Below, one piece after another: positions 28,194-37,881 of a stretch of 64,000 nt of DNA (positions are counted from its first letter, which is position 1; each line of letters starts with the position of its first letter). A program made the position numbers and the translations under genes. The notes below the pieces were generated by a model. The model was given only the letters and a program-made list of their open reading frames with translations. It was not told the DNA's origin and made no database searches. This stretch comes from an uncultured delta proteobacterium (GTDB taxonomy: Bacteria > Desulfobacterota > Binatia > UBA9968). The stretch spans positions 96,001 to 160,000 of the forward strand of contig CAVTUQ010000005.1 of assembly GCA_963737905.1 (NCBI GenBank), read 5' to 3'.

Positions 28194-28989
28194 AAGTTGA
28201 CTCGTAACTGGTTTTGTCCTTTTGGCCGTCGGGGCGCGGGCTCTCTTGGTCGATCTTTACCCGCGCTAGATAAAAATCCGCGGGGCCGATAGCAAAGGTG
28301 ACTCTTCCTTTCTCGTCCGTCGTTTGATCTTGCACCGATGCAGAACCGTCCATGCGACGAACCAGGGTGACCACCTGCCCCCTCGTGGGTTTTCCCTTTT
28401 GGCGCAGCTCCAAAGTCATGCTGCCGCCGGAGAAAACCGCGAGAGGGTTATTGACGGGGATGAATTCCACAGCGTCTTCGCCGGCGATAAGCCGGTCAAA
28501 ACCCTTTAGGTTCTTTGCCGCCGCAATGGTCGGTACTTTAAACGCTCCGAATGCCGTCTTGGCGATGCGCACCGTTACGAGCTTCGGCCCATCTCCCTGC
28601 TGCAGACTTCGCGCCTGACGAGCCACGGCCTGGTAAAGGCCTTCATCGTTTGGGACATACACCGCGAGATAAAAACCCTTGGGCCCTTTCGGGCCGACCT
28701 TTTCTTCGTCCTCCCCCAGATCGACGATGCGGTCCGTAAGCGTATTTTGTTTTCCCTTCGCGTCGACGACTGCCAGCGCAGTGTACTTGCCGTCCCACTT
28801 TCCTGCGATACGGTAGCTCTTGTGTTCATTTGAGTGATTGCCTTGGACGAGAGCGATGTTTGCTACCTGTCCTTTTTCAATGATCGTCGGAGTCACCTCG
28901 ACCCAGCCGTCGTGGCTTAAGGCTGAGAATGGATGGAGAAAAAGCAAGGCGACAAAGAGTGATAAACTTGCTTTACTCATTCGGATCAT
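28165..28989 (-). CDS. DUF4198 family periplasmic protein (Ni/Co uptake-associated)
   Basis: Signal then HDGWV; GNHSNEH; EFIPVNNP; TTDEKGRVTF. Confidence 0.7.
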   Translation of the reverse strand: MIRMSKASLSLFVALLFLHPFSALSHDGWVEVTPTIIEKGQVANIALVQGNHSNEHKSYRIAGKWDGKYTALAVVDAKGKQNTLTDRIVDLGEDEEKVGPKGPKGFYLAVYVPNDEGLYQAVARQARSLQQGDGPKLVTVRIAKTAFGAFKVPTIAAAKNLKGFDRLIAGEDAVEFIPVNNPLAVFSGGSMTLELRQKGKPTRGQVVTLVRRMDGSASVQDQTTDEKGRVTFAIGPADFYLARVKIDQESPRPDGQKDKTSYESTYVFQVFNRP

Positions 28990-29079
28990 TTATTTCTCCT
29001 CTAAAAATAGCCGTCCCTTTAGCGCGAGGATGGTTTCGTTTGGCGACTCCTGAGACTCAAAACCAACAAGTCGCTCCTG

Positions 29080-29463
29080 TTATTTTTTCGCTATGGCGAA
29101 GGTAAAATCCCCCTCTGTTACATGCGTGTCTTTCGCTAATGCCTTCCAGTAAACGTGATAGGTACCGGACGCCAAGGGTTGAAGATCGACTTCAAGTACA
29201 CTGGCGTCCGGACCGTTTACGCGGCTGTTACCTTTATCGACTTGCTGTTTCATCGAATTGAAGACTGTGATGCTGCTGAAGGCCGGTTCCAGCTCCCCGT
29301 CAAACCAGATCGTCACTTTTGGCGGCGCAACAGGGATCGTCCAGCCAACTCTCGGGTCCGAACGCACCGGAAAAGCGTGCGCCTGGGCGAGGGTTTGAAA
29401 CGCGGTTATGCCGAGTATCAAAGCCAATGACAAGCTCAGAACCATTTTTTCTAGCGGTCTCAT
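29080..29463 (-). CDS. copC: CopC copper-binding protein (second copy)
   Basis: HAFPVRSDP, FDGELEPAFS, WKALAKDTHVTEG; ATGA overlap with the upstream gene. Confidence 0.9.
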   Translation of the reverse strand: MRPLEKMVLSLSLALILGITAFQTLAQAHAFPVRSDPRVGWTIPVAPPKVTIWFDGELEPAFSSITVFNSMKQQVDKGNSRVNGPDASVLEVDLQPLASGTYHVYWKALAKDTHVTEGDFTFAIAKK

Positions 29464-30404
29464 CTCGGTATCGGCGTCGGGCCGATCACTCCCCATGGCG
29501 TCCACGTGAAAATATTGGGCCAGAGATCGTCGATGAAAAGATGGATTAAAGCATTTACGCCGGCGTTTTTGCCTGCAACGTTGTTCAACGGTAGCTTCGC
29601 TTCCAAGCCAAGTTCGACGTATCTTCCCACCCATATTAGACCCGGATTAGCGAAAGCAGCGGTCTGGCCGCGATCAGGTTTGGAGGCGTTCGTAGTGAAG
29701 TTAAATTCAACGACCGGAAACATGCGGTCAAACGGCGCACCGAGCCCAACATCCTTAACAAATGATTGCAAATAGGGAACGCTGTAGATCACGGCGACTC
29801 CATAATCGAGCGTGGTTGGATTGTGCTCCTTATCATCGCCGCTGCCGGTTGTCCGGTTAGCTGGATTATTGACGTTAAACTGGCCGTTGATCGAGAAAGG
29901 CTTCAGGTAGGCCAAGGAGTCAGGCAAGTCGCCGAAACCTTTCCCAAAAAAAAGGGCCGGAGAAATGGTAGTGACTCTTTCCGCCACCCTTTGGGGGCCG
30001 ACCCCACCAGGCTCTACCCCTAAGCCGACACTAAAGATACCCTCATGCTCAGGACTTGTCAGAGAAACATATTTGAAGCCGAATTCAGGGTTGCCTGCTC
30101 CCGAGGTACTAGATTCGCCTGCCTCTCTTGGATTGAAAAACAGATAGTCCCATCCGACGGTTACGGCGAAGTCGGGCGTCAGACGCTTCGAGAACTCAAA
30201 ACCGACACTGCTCTCTCTTCCTTCTTTGTTGTTGCTTCCCCATTCGACTTTCAGGAGATCCAATTCGTCGGACGCGAAAGGGTCATCTACGACCAGGGTT
30301 GTCGGAATAAACCGCTTTCCTATGACCCCGTGACCGTACGTCGATCTGACGGCGAAGAATAAACTCACCAGTAAAGACAAACTTATGACGACACATTTTT
30401 TCAT
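29460..30404 (-). CDS. Putative outer-membrane beta-barrel metal channel
   Basis: Signal peptide then HGVIGKRFIPTTLVVDDP; amphipathic beta-strands; translationally coupled to copC. Confidence 0.6.
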   Translation of the reverse strand: MKKCVVISLSLLVSLFFAVRSTYGHGVIGKRFIPTTLVVDDPFASDELDLLKVEWGSNNKEGRESSVGFEFSKRLTPDFAVTVGWDYLFFNPREAGESSTSGAGNPEFGFKYVSLTSPEHEGIFSVGLGVEPGGVGPQRVAERVTTISPALFFGKGFGDLPDSLAYLKPFSINGQFNVNNPANRTTGSGDDKEHNPTTLDYGVAVIYSVPYLQSFVKDVGLGAPFDRMFPVVEFNFTTNASKPDRGQTAAFANPGLIWVGRYVELGLEAKLPLNNVAGKNAGVNALIHLFIDDLWPNIFTWTPWGVIGPTPIPR

Positions 30405-30480
30405 CGAGTCCTCCCATAGAACGAGTCATCAGAGCTGGGTTGTTACCCGGCCCTAACCAATATTAGGAGAGTGATTCGAT
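30403..30480 (-). promoter_or_regulatory. RBS/start-codon-sequestering hairpin
   Basis: Minus strand ATCGA (30480-76) pairs TCGAT (30407-03); CTCCTA pairs TGGGAG (SD); inner stem 30429-30456. Confidence 0.65.
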
Positions 30481-30482
30481 AA

Positions 30483-30866
30483 CTAGTAGAGAAGTGTGTC
30501 TTTAGGAGGCGCTCTCTGGAAAAAAAGGAAGGCAGTGAATAAATCGACCCACTGTCTTGTCTGTGGGCGAAATGATTCTAATTGCGCTTCAACGAAAGGC
30601 AGTTCAACCAGTGCGGCCTGGCCTAGATGGCAGCTCTGGGCGACGGATTGAATTGCGCAGTCGGTTTGAGCGGGCTTGGTTGGGTTCTGACCATGTTCGT
30701 GGCTTTCTGGATCAACTTGAGTTTCATCGTGTGCGTGGCCAAGCCCCTCAAAAAAATGATGCACCCGATGTGGCTGGGAAACACTCAGGAAGAGCAAAAA
30801 CAGCGACCCTATGGCAAGGGCAGTGCAACGACGCAACGCCGAAACTCTTTCAGGCGATTTCTTCAT
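30483..30866 (-). CDS. DUF2946-like His-rich leader peptide with C-terminal RAPP arrest motif
   Basis: Signal-like N-terminus, HRVHH..HAH..HEH, two Cys, QRAPP near the C-terminus. Confidence 0.7.
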   Translation of the reverse strand: MKKSPERVSALRRCTALAIGSLFLLFLSVSQPHRVHHFFEGLGHAHDETQVDPESHEHGQNPTKPAQTDCAIQSVAQSCHLGQAALVELPFVEAQLESFRPQTRQWVDLFTAFLFFQRAPPKDTLLY

Positions 30867-30903
30867 CGGTTGCTTAGGCTTTTATCCGAATTCGTTCGCC
30901 GGA

Positions 30904-31746
30904 TCAACCTGAAAAGCGCGGCGATCGTGTACGTTGTTGCCGGCGAAACCAGAACACGATCTCAAGAACAAAGAATAGAGCCGCGGCGGTCAATACGATG
31001 GTAGCGGCCGAAGATATGTCCAGATAGAAACTCAAATACATTCCGGTTGCACCGCATACGATCCCGATGAGAGGAGAAAGAATCAACAGCCGTTGAAATC
31101 GATTGGTTAGGTAACGGGCAATGACCGGAGGGATCACCATGGCGGCGGCGACCAAGGTGACGCCGAGAATTTGGGTCGAGGCCAATACCGTGACCGCAAG
31201 CAGGGTAATGAAAATCAGATCGATTTTGCCGGTGGAGACACCGTAGGCAGAAGCAACTTCCGGATCGAAGGTGGCGAACAGTAGTTGCCGGCGCATGATA
31301 ATAAGCGCACAGAAAACGATTAGAGATATGACGATGACGATCCAGAGATCCTTTTGAGTGATGCCGAGGATGTTGCCGAAGAGCGCGACCTCGATGTTGC
31401 GGGTAAAGCTCCGATAGGTCGAGACGATGGCTACGCCGAGGGCAAAACTGGAAGTCGTAACGACACCGATGGCGGCATCGGCCCCGACCCAGCGCCGGTG
31501 GCTGATCAGGTGGATGAGAAAACCGGCAAATAGCGCCCACAGCCCGGCGCCAACAAAGAAATTGACGTTCATCACGTAGCTCAGGACAGCGCCGCCGAAG
31601 ATGGCGTGGGAGAGGCCATGGCCTATGTAGCTCATCCGGCGCAGAACGACGTAGACGCCGATAAAGCCGCAAAGCGCGCCGACGACGACGGCGGCTAGAA
31701 AGCCGTTGCGAAAAAATTCGTATTCAAATGGGACTAACAAGGACAT
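30904..31746 (-). CDS. Metal ABC transporter permease (ZnuB/MntB family)
   Basis: GVYVVLRRMSYIGHGLSHA, LFGNIL, TFDPEVA. Confidence 0.92.
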   Translation of the reverse strand: MSLLVPFEYEFFRNGFLAAVVVGALCGFIGVYVVLRRMSYIGHGLSHAIFGGAVLSYVMNVNFFVGAGLWALFAGFLIHLISHRRWVGADAAIGVVTTSSFALGVAIVSTYRSFTRNIEVALFGNILGITQKDLWIVIVISLIVFCALIIMRRQLLFATFDPEVASAYGVSTGKIDLIFITLLAVTVLASTQILGVTLVAAAMVIPPVIARYLTNRFQRLLILSPLIGIVCGATGMYLSFYLDISSAATIVLTAAALFFVLEIVFWFRRQQRTRSPRFSG

Positions 31747-31748
31747 GA

Positions 31749-31830
31749 GTTCAAATCGTTCAAAATGTTCAAGCCGTTCAATCCGTGTTTGGACGTTTTG
31801 AACTTTTTGAACGGCTGGAACGATTTGAAC
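31749..31830. repeat. Inverted array of 9-bp GTTCAA/TTGAAC units (palindromic REP-like element)
   Basis: 4 x GTTCAAnnn, spacer, then 5 x TTG(A/G)AC-like units. Confidence 0.8.
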
Positions 31831-31840
31831 GCGTCTTCAT

Positions 31841-32704
31841 TTATGTGTGCGGCGCGTGGGGTCGCTCGCCGATCATGACCATGCCGTCGTGGTGGAAGAC
31901 GACCATTTCGCCTCGGTAGGTTTCCTTGAGGACGGAGGCGTTGAGTACTTCTTGAGGACGTCCTTCGGCAATCAACCGGCGATTGAGGCAGGCAACCCAC
32001 GGCAGATGCGCTGCCACCCAGTTGAGATCGTGGGCGGTAATAATGATGGCCACTCCTTGATGGTTGATCTCGTGAAGAAAATGGATCACGTCGTCCCGCG
32101 AACGAATATCGAGTCCTGCGGTTGGCTCATCGAGCAGGATCAATTCCGGATCGCCCAGCAGCGCGCGCCCAAGAAAAACCGCTTGTTGTTGGCCGCCGGA
32201 AAGCTCGCGGATATGACGATCACCGAGACCGCTCAAGTTTAAGCGTGCTATGATGTCCTGGAGCTTGCGCCGCTCGTCGTCGCGGATGCCGCGAAACCAG
32301 CGGTTCTTGCCAAAAAATCCCATGGAGATGACTTCCTCCACGGTGATCGGGAAATTCCAGTCGATGGTTTCAAGCTGGGGCACGTAACCGATACGTTCCA
32401 ACAAAGATCGTTGCGGGTCTTTGCCTCGCAGCAATACCTTGCCCTGTTGCACCGGTACCGTGCCGAGAATAGTGCGCAACAACGTCGTTTTCCCTCCGCC
32501 GTTGGGCCCGACGATAGCCAGGAACTGACCGGGCCAGATCTTGAGGGAAACATCTTGGAGCGCGGGGGTGGGTCCATAACTGTTACTGACGTTGCCAAGC
32601 TCGACGAGCGGTACACCGGAGAGGCCGGAGACCGGCGGTTCCTCAATTCCGTGGGGATGGAGACTGCCGCGGGCGTTCCCATGTGGATGATCGTGTGTGT
32701 TCAT
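31841..32704 (-). CDS. Metal ABC transporter ATPase (ZnuC/MntA family) with His-rich N-terminus
   Basis: GPNGGGKT, LSGGQQQ, LLDEP; MNTHDHPHG. Confidence 0.92.
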   Translation of the reverse strand: MNTHDHPHGNARGSLHPHGIEEPPVSGLSGVPLVELGNVSNSYGPTPALQDVSLKIWPGQFLAIVGPNGGGKTTLLRTILGTVPVQQGKVLLRGKDPQRSLLERIGYVPQLETIDWNFPITVEEVISMGFFGKNRWFRGIRDDERRKLQDIIARLNLSGLGDRHIRELSGGQQQAVFLGRALLGDPELILLDEPTAGLDIRSRDDVIHFLHEINHQGVAIIITAHDLNWVAAHLPWVACLNRRLIAEGRPQEVLNASVLKETYRGEMVVFHHDGMVMIGERPHAPHT

Positions 32705-32723
32705 ATGTAGTTAAAGGTCTAGT

Positions 32724-32882
32724 CTAGCAGGTTGCTGAAACACTCTGATTGCAGGCTGCTCAAAAGGACCTCAGATGCGAGGCGCATGAAGGATGGATGA
32801 GCGGAGGCGTACTCTTCTGTACGTTGACGCGAAATCGGTCGAGTGCAACAAAGCATATGGGTCTTTTTCAGCAGCCTGCTAG
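32724..32882. mobile_element. MITE-like element with terminal inverted repeats and CTAG flanks
   Basis: CTAG-CAGGTTGCTGAAA ... TTTCAGCAGCCTG-CTAG; internal second left end at about 32752; no transposase. Confidence 0.7.
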
Positions 32883-33896
32883 TCTCTTCTCCGGTAGTCG
32901 GCATAAGCCCCCGCCACCGGCGCGGGATCGACCTGCCTCAACGCCTCCGTTGAGCCTCCCAACGCTTCGACCATGATTGTCATATTGTCAACCATCATGC
33001 CAGGATAGGAATGCTGGGGATCGCCGGGTTTGCCGGGCAGCTCATCGTCCCTGAGCTTGTCAATATAGCGGCTTTTTGCTTCCCGGGCGATCTGTTCCAA
33101 CACCGGGCTGGGAAAAACTTCCGACCCAAACACCGCCGGGACCTTTTCCTTTCTAATTTGCTCGATGAGCCGCACCACCTCGCGGGGGCTCGGATCGGTA
33201 AAATCGGACGGTTGGACGGCGCCGATCACTTGGAAACCATAGCGGCGCGCGAAATAGGGCCAGGAATCGTGATAGGTGAGCAAGCGACGATTGTTTTGCG
33301 GTATTGTTTGAACCGCTTCCTTGATCGCTTGATCCAGGGCTTCGAGTTTTTTGAGAAATTGCGCGGTGTTTTGTTCGTAGACTGCTTTGTTCTTGGGGTC
33401 GAGACGAATCAGCTCGTCGCGGACCAACGTCGCATAACGCATCACGTATTCGGGATTGAGCCACAAGTGAGGATTGGGATGACCCTGTTCCTTGGGAAAG
33501 CTAAAGTCATAGATATATTCGGTTTCTTTAACGGTCTTGTTGCCGAGAGAATAGATGGAGCGCTCCTGTTTTGAGATTGGCTTGGGCGAGATTCACGGTG
33601 GGTGTTTCGAGATCGAGGCCATTGATAATGATCAAATCAGCACGGGAGAGAAGCTTGCTATCCGACGGAATGGGCTCGAAAGTATGCGAATTGATCCCTT
33701 CAGGGATGATGCCGGTCAGCTGAATTCTGTCACCGCCGATGTTTTCCACGATGCTCGTGATCGGTGCGACGGTGGTGACGACGCTGAGTTTCTTCTCCGC
33801 CGTGGCGTCCGGCTTTTGTTCCTGGCGTCCACAGGCAGCAAGAAGAAATGCGGCGGCCAAAATAACCGACCGTGTTGTGACGGTTGCAAATTTCAT
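32879..33896 (-). CDS. Metal ABC transporter substrate-binding lipoprotein (frameshift near 33560)
   Basis: Lipobox LAAC, NSHTFEP in the first frame; +1 frame continues SIYSLG..PNPHLW..TYHDSW. Confidence 0.85.
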
Positions 33897-34091
33897 TTGG
33901 TAAAAGGCGCGTGCTTTTTCTTTTCGTCCAGACGGAAGTTGCCCAACGTCACGAAGGCCTGAGGGCTAGCCTATTGGCAAAAATCTAATTCCTGGGTAGG
34001 GAGGAGAGGAAGTCGCTCTTTCCGTACTCGGGTTACCAACGAATTGGCGGCCTAACAAGTTTCAGTCTGGGCGACCCCGACCTTATCAGGA

Positions 34092-34118
34092 GTAATATGA
34101 ATTGACAAATCGTGCTAC
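34092..34118. promoter_or_regulatory. Candidate NikR operator
   Basis: GTAATAT-N13-GTGCTAC; same geometry as sites at 43330 and 43960. Confidence 0.55.
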
Positions 34119-34234
34119 ACGCGGCTGCGGCGCTTCCTTATGTAAAGTTATGTAAAGTAAAGATTTATCCAAGAATGAGCTTAATCTAGGGGAATGCTCC
34201 GGTTTAGCAGCGCAGCGTCTGCCGCGACAGATGA

Positions 34235-35350
34235 TTACAGGGCAAGACCGCGTCTTTGTCGCGTCGTCTGCACGTGAGCCACTGACGCATCGACAACGTA
34301 AGGCACAGCAGATTCGGGATACGGCGCAACACTGCTAACGTTGATTTCGCAAAGAGCATAGGTGTCTTCGCCGTTGTTTCCCTTCGGACCGAGCAGGAAA
34401 TCGCAATCCCAGAGAATCGGAAGACTTTCGGTCTCAATTTCCAACAATCGCTGCACTGCCGGCACCCACTCGTGCTCGAGCTTGCGTTTAAGGGTCTGGA
34501 ATTCCGGCATGGACGGCGGATGATACAAACGGGGCCCGGGTGGGGGCGCTTCCGTTGCAGGTGCGCCTAGGCGCGCGGGAAACAGTGCATTGATAGCCTG
34601 ATGTCCAAATCCGACTACCCTGTCATCCACGAGATAACACCGAATCATGCCCTCCGGAAGCCGCTTTTGATATTCTTGATCGATCATCAGGCCGTTGGAG
34701 GAAAAGTAAGGCTCACAGCGGCGATAGAATTCGCCCAGCGTGATTTGCTCTTCGTTGCAACCACGCTGGGCGTGTCGGACACAAACGATGGTTTCAGGCT
34801 CCGGCAGCACAGCGAGGCTGCGGCCTTCGCTGTTCGCAAAGGCCTCTACCGGCAGCTGGACTTTCCACACACCGTTTCCGCCATTGCCGCGATTCTGCTT
34901 GAGTACTCGCGCCTTGCCAGCTGCTAGTCGCAAAGGGAGCTCCTGAACCATTTGAGCCATACTGCAGTAAAGATGCGTGTCGCAGCCCCATCCAATGTCA
35001 CGCGTGCGATACAGAACTTCTTTTGTACCCAACTTCAAAATGACGTCGGGGTGCGTGCTCACAAAAACGCCAGTGGCTGCGACATCACGAAGCATAGAAT
35101 CGAGAACGGACCTGTCCCTTCCGCCTTCGATCGGATTGACCCATACCAGCACGCCGTCAACCCGCATGAGCTGTTCTCGAACGTCCTCGCAAAAGTCATC
35201 GTGATATATCGCAGGCTCGACGTAAATGCGCTTGGCGGCGAAGGCCCCGAACAAATCTGAGAATCGGCTATTCTCGGCGGTTGTATTCCTTCTCGCCTCA
35301 CGATTGCCAGAGCAAAGAATTGCCACTCGCGCGTAACTATCTTGTTCCAT
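34235..35350 (-). CDS. Cj0069-like ATP-grasp protein
   Basis: GVLVWVNP, KLGTKEVL, RVLKQNRGNGGNGVWKV, LWDCDF, CEINVSSV. Confidence 0.75.
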   Translation of the reverse strand: MEQDSYARVAILCSGNREARRNTTAENSRFSDLFGAFAAKRIYVEPAIYHDDFCEDVREQLMRVDGVLVWVNPIEGGRDRSVLDSMLRDVAATGVFVSTHPDVILKLGTKEVLYRTRDIGWGCDTHLYCSMAQMVQELPLRLAAGKARVLKQNRGNGGNGVWKVQLPVEAFANSEGRSLAVLPEPETIVCVRHAQRGCNEEQITLGEFYRRCEPYFSSNGLMIDQEYQKRLPEGMIRCYLVDDRVVGFGHQAINALFPARLGAPATEAPPPGPRLYHPPSMPEFQTLKRKLEHEWVPAVQRLLEIETESLPILWDCDFLLGPKGNNGEDTYALCEINVSSVAPYPESAVPYVVDASVAHVQTTRQRRGLAL

Positions 35351-35503
35351 CGAAAATTCTATTTTTCTGGAATCGCTGTCTCGTCTCCGTAACCACAAAA
35401 CAGAGTCGCCAGGGAAAGCGGATAAAAGTTAATTGGCTTATTTCCTGTGACGCGTCAGAAAGTAGAGTAAGTGCCAGACAAAAATATTGTCGAAACTTTT
35501 TCA

Positions 35504-36475
35504 CTAGCTTTTTCTTCTGAAGTACTCATAAAGGTCGTTGAAAACCGCGCACCCTCGCTCCAAGCGGGCCTCGTCATCTTTGTGAGTCATTGCGATGCCG
35601 GCGATGAGCCTCTCGATCCCAATCGTGTCCGGCCGCCCGAACTTCGAATCCTTGAGATCGATGTCGTGAACAATCTCAGCGATCGGGATAAGCGCCGAGT
35701 CATCGAGACATACACGCTGAATCAAGACCTCCAGTGTGCAGCGATCACCTTCATGCGTGAACTCTGCCTCGAACATGTCGAAGCGTAGCTCACCGGGCAG
35801 AGGCTTGTAGCCTTTCGGAGGAACAAACTTGAAGCGAGCATCCGGATCGATAAAACGACGAATAAGCCAGGCGCTTGCCATGCGGTCGACGTAAATGCCC
35901 TTACGGGTAACCCAGGTTTTACCGAGGAAGTCTTCCCGCCGGAACCTGCGAGCATTGTCGGATCCAAACATCGAATTCTTACCAGTCATGCGTGCCTCAA
36001 CCCCGGAAACCAATCCCTCTGCTACCTCCCGTCCGGGAGCGCCAAAAAAGTCTATGGCGACAACCTCAGCGAGGCGCCGTTTAAGTCGGGTGAGATCGAT
36101 CTCCAGTTGTGTACTTGGTGTTTCCTCCGTTTGTCTCGACAAATGACTCGCCGCAAGACGGCGAGTCTCCTCAGCTATCTTGTCGTACTCAGCGCCGCGG
36201 GCCGCTTGGAACAAAGTTTCCACTTGCTCGTCGGAAAGACCCTCGACGAAGCGCGCCTCACATAAGGACGCTTCTCCGCGACCTTCAACAATTTCCCGCA
36301 ACACCCACTGAAAATCCTCCTGCGTCTCGTCGTTCTTGGGCAGGACATACACCGAGTTCTTAATGGCAACAGCGCCAATACGCTGAAGCCGTCGCCCAAT
36401 CTTTACCCGGAAGTAATCTGGCTTCGGCGGGATTTGATGAATAAGGAGTAACCATCGTCCTTCTGACTCCTGCAT
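35504..36475 (-). CDS. chrB: Chromate-responsive regulator ChrB
   Basis: WLLLIHQIPP..RVKI.RRL; IDFF; WVTR..VDRMASAWLIRRFID; FTHEGDRCT. Confidence 0.9.
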   Translation of the reverse strand: MQESEGRWLLLIHQIPPKPDYFRVKIGRRLQRIGAVAIKNSVYVLPKNDETQEDFQWVLREIVEGRGEASLCEARFVEGLSDEQVETLFQAARGAEYDKIAEETRRLAASHLSRQTEETPSTQLEIDLTRLKRRLAEVVAIDFFGAPGREVAEGLVSGVEARMTGKNSMFGSDNARRFRREDFLGKTWVTRKGIYVDRMASAWLIRRFIDPDARFKFVPPKGYKPLPGELRFDMFEAEFTHEGDRCTLEVLIQRVCLDDSALIPIAEIVHDIDLKDSKFGRPDTIGIERLIAGIAMTHKDDEARLERGCAVFNDLYEYFRRKS

Positions 36476-36571
36476 ACGCCCTTCCTTTGACTTAAAAGTA
36501 CAACTGTTATATTCAAGATTCAACTGCGCTATTTAAAACTACTTGTGAACGCCCTGTGAAGGGAACCACAG

Positions 36572-37787
36572 ATGAAATCTCCACGTCCTGAAATGACCGA
36601 AATCATGGCGCCAGCCGCGATTGGTCTATGGTCACTCGTTGGCTATTTCCTGAAGCTCGGCACGATCGGCTTCGGCGGTCCGGCGGCGCTGGTCGGTTTC
36701 ATGCACAGAGACCTGGTCGAGCAGCGCCGTTGGATCACTGAGGATACTTACAAACTATCCCTAGCGCTCGCTCAGATCATGCCGGGACCACTCGCAGCAC
36801 AAACGGCCATCGCCATTGGTTACTTCGAGGGCGGGGTTCTCGGTGCGACCCTCGTCGGTCTCGGTTTCATTGTTCCTTCTTTTCTGATGGTGGTCGCCAT
36901 CTCGCTAGCTTATGTCGCCTACGGCGGGTTGTGGTGGATGCAAGCACTTTTCTACACCATCGGCGCAACGGTTATCGCAATCATCGCGATTGCTGCGTAC
37001 AAGCTGGCGCGCGGCACCAACAAGCGTAATCCGCTGCTCTGGGGCATCTTTGTTTGCCTCACGATCGTAACCGTATGGTCGCAGAGCGAGTTGGCAGAGT
37101 TCTTCATTCCTGCCGGACTCATCGTCCTGGTTTTTCAGGCTTGGCCAGGTTGGAACCCCGGCATCCTAATGACACTCAGTGCCGCGGTCCTCGGTGTGGC
37201 CGTTTGGTTGCTGGAGGTGTGGCTCGCGCAGGCCGGTACAGGAGGCAACACTGGCAACATATTGACTGAGATCCTCTTATTCTTTACCAAGGCTGGCGCG
37301 TTTGTGTTCGGCAGCGGCCTGGCAATCATTCCGTTCTTGCACCAGGAGTTGTACAGCATTCGGCTGGCTGAATGAGCATCAGTTTTTGGACGCCGTCGCC
37401 GTCGCGATGATCACTCCCGGGCCCGTGGTCATAACCGTCGCTCTAATCGGGTTTCTTGTTGCCGGCCTGGCGGGAGCGGTTATGGCATCAATTGGTATCT
37501 TCTTGCCGGTATATGTATTTACGATCGTGCCAGCACCGTGGTTCAAACGCCACCGCGACAATCCCCAGTTTAAAGCGTTCGTTGACGGCGCTACCGCAGC
37601 TGCGACCGGCGCAATTACAGGCGCAGTGATTGTCTTAGGCGCACGAGCAATCACCGATTTGCTCACTGCAATTATCGCGCTCGTCAGCTTGGGTGTTTTA
37701 TGGCGCTATAAGATTTCGGAACCGATTATCGTCACCATCTCCGGACTGGTCGGATTGATACTCTGGCCCCTGGTCCGTGGAGGGTGA
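36572..37787 (+). CDS. chrA: Chromate efflux transporter ChrA (frameshift near 37350)
   Basis: LGTIGFGGP, QIMPGP, FVFGSG; continues in another frame GWLNEHQFLDAVAVAMITPGP. Confidence 0.88.
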
Positions 37788-37881
37788 TGACCAACTCGAT
37801 CTTGATGAGACTCGACGAACGGATATAACGGATGTACTGGAGAATCTCCGACCGGCTCCGTCGCGACTTTGGCCCGGGGTG

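Noticed and set aside
16025-30866. Copper supply for a copper membrane monooxygenase or cytochrome oxidase
   Set aside because: No pmo/amo/cox structural genes in the window, so the client cannot be assigned
18834-31830. TTGAAC arrays as CRISPR repeats
   Set aside because: 9-bp period, no unique spacers and no cas genes
33900-34090. Riboswitch (cobalamin, NiCo, Moco, yybP) in the long ABC-transporter leader
   Set aside because: Could not match conserved cores by eye; an Infernal/Rfam scan would be decisive
36572-37787. Natural pair of short-chain chromate transporters
   Set aside because: The break falls inside the second domain, after FVFGSG, not at the domain boundary; second ORF has no proper start
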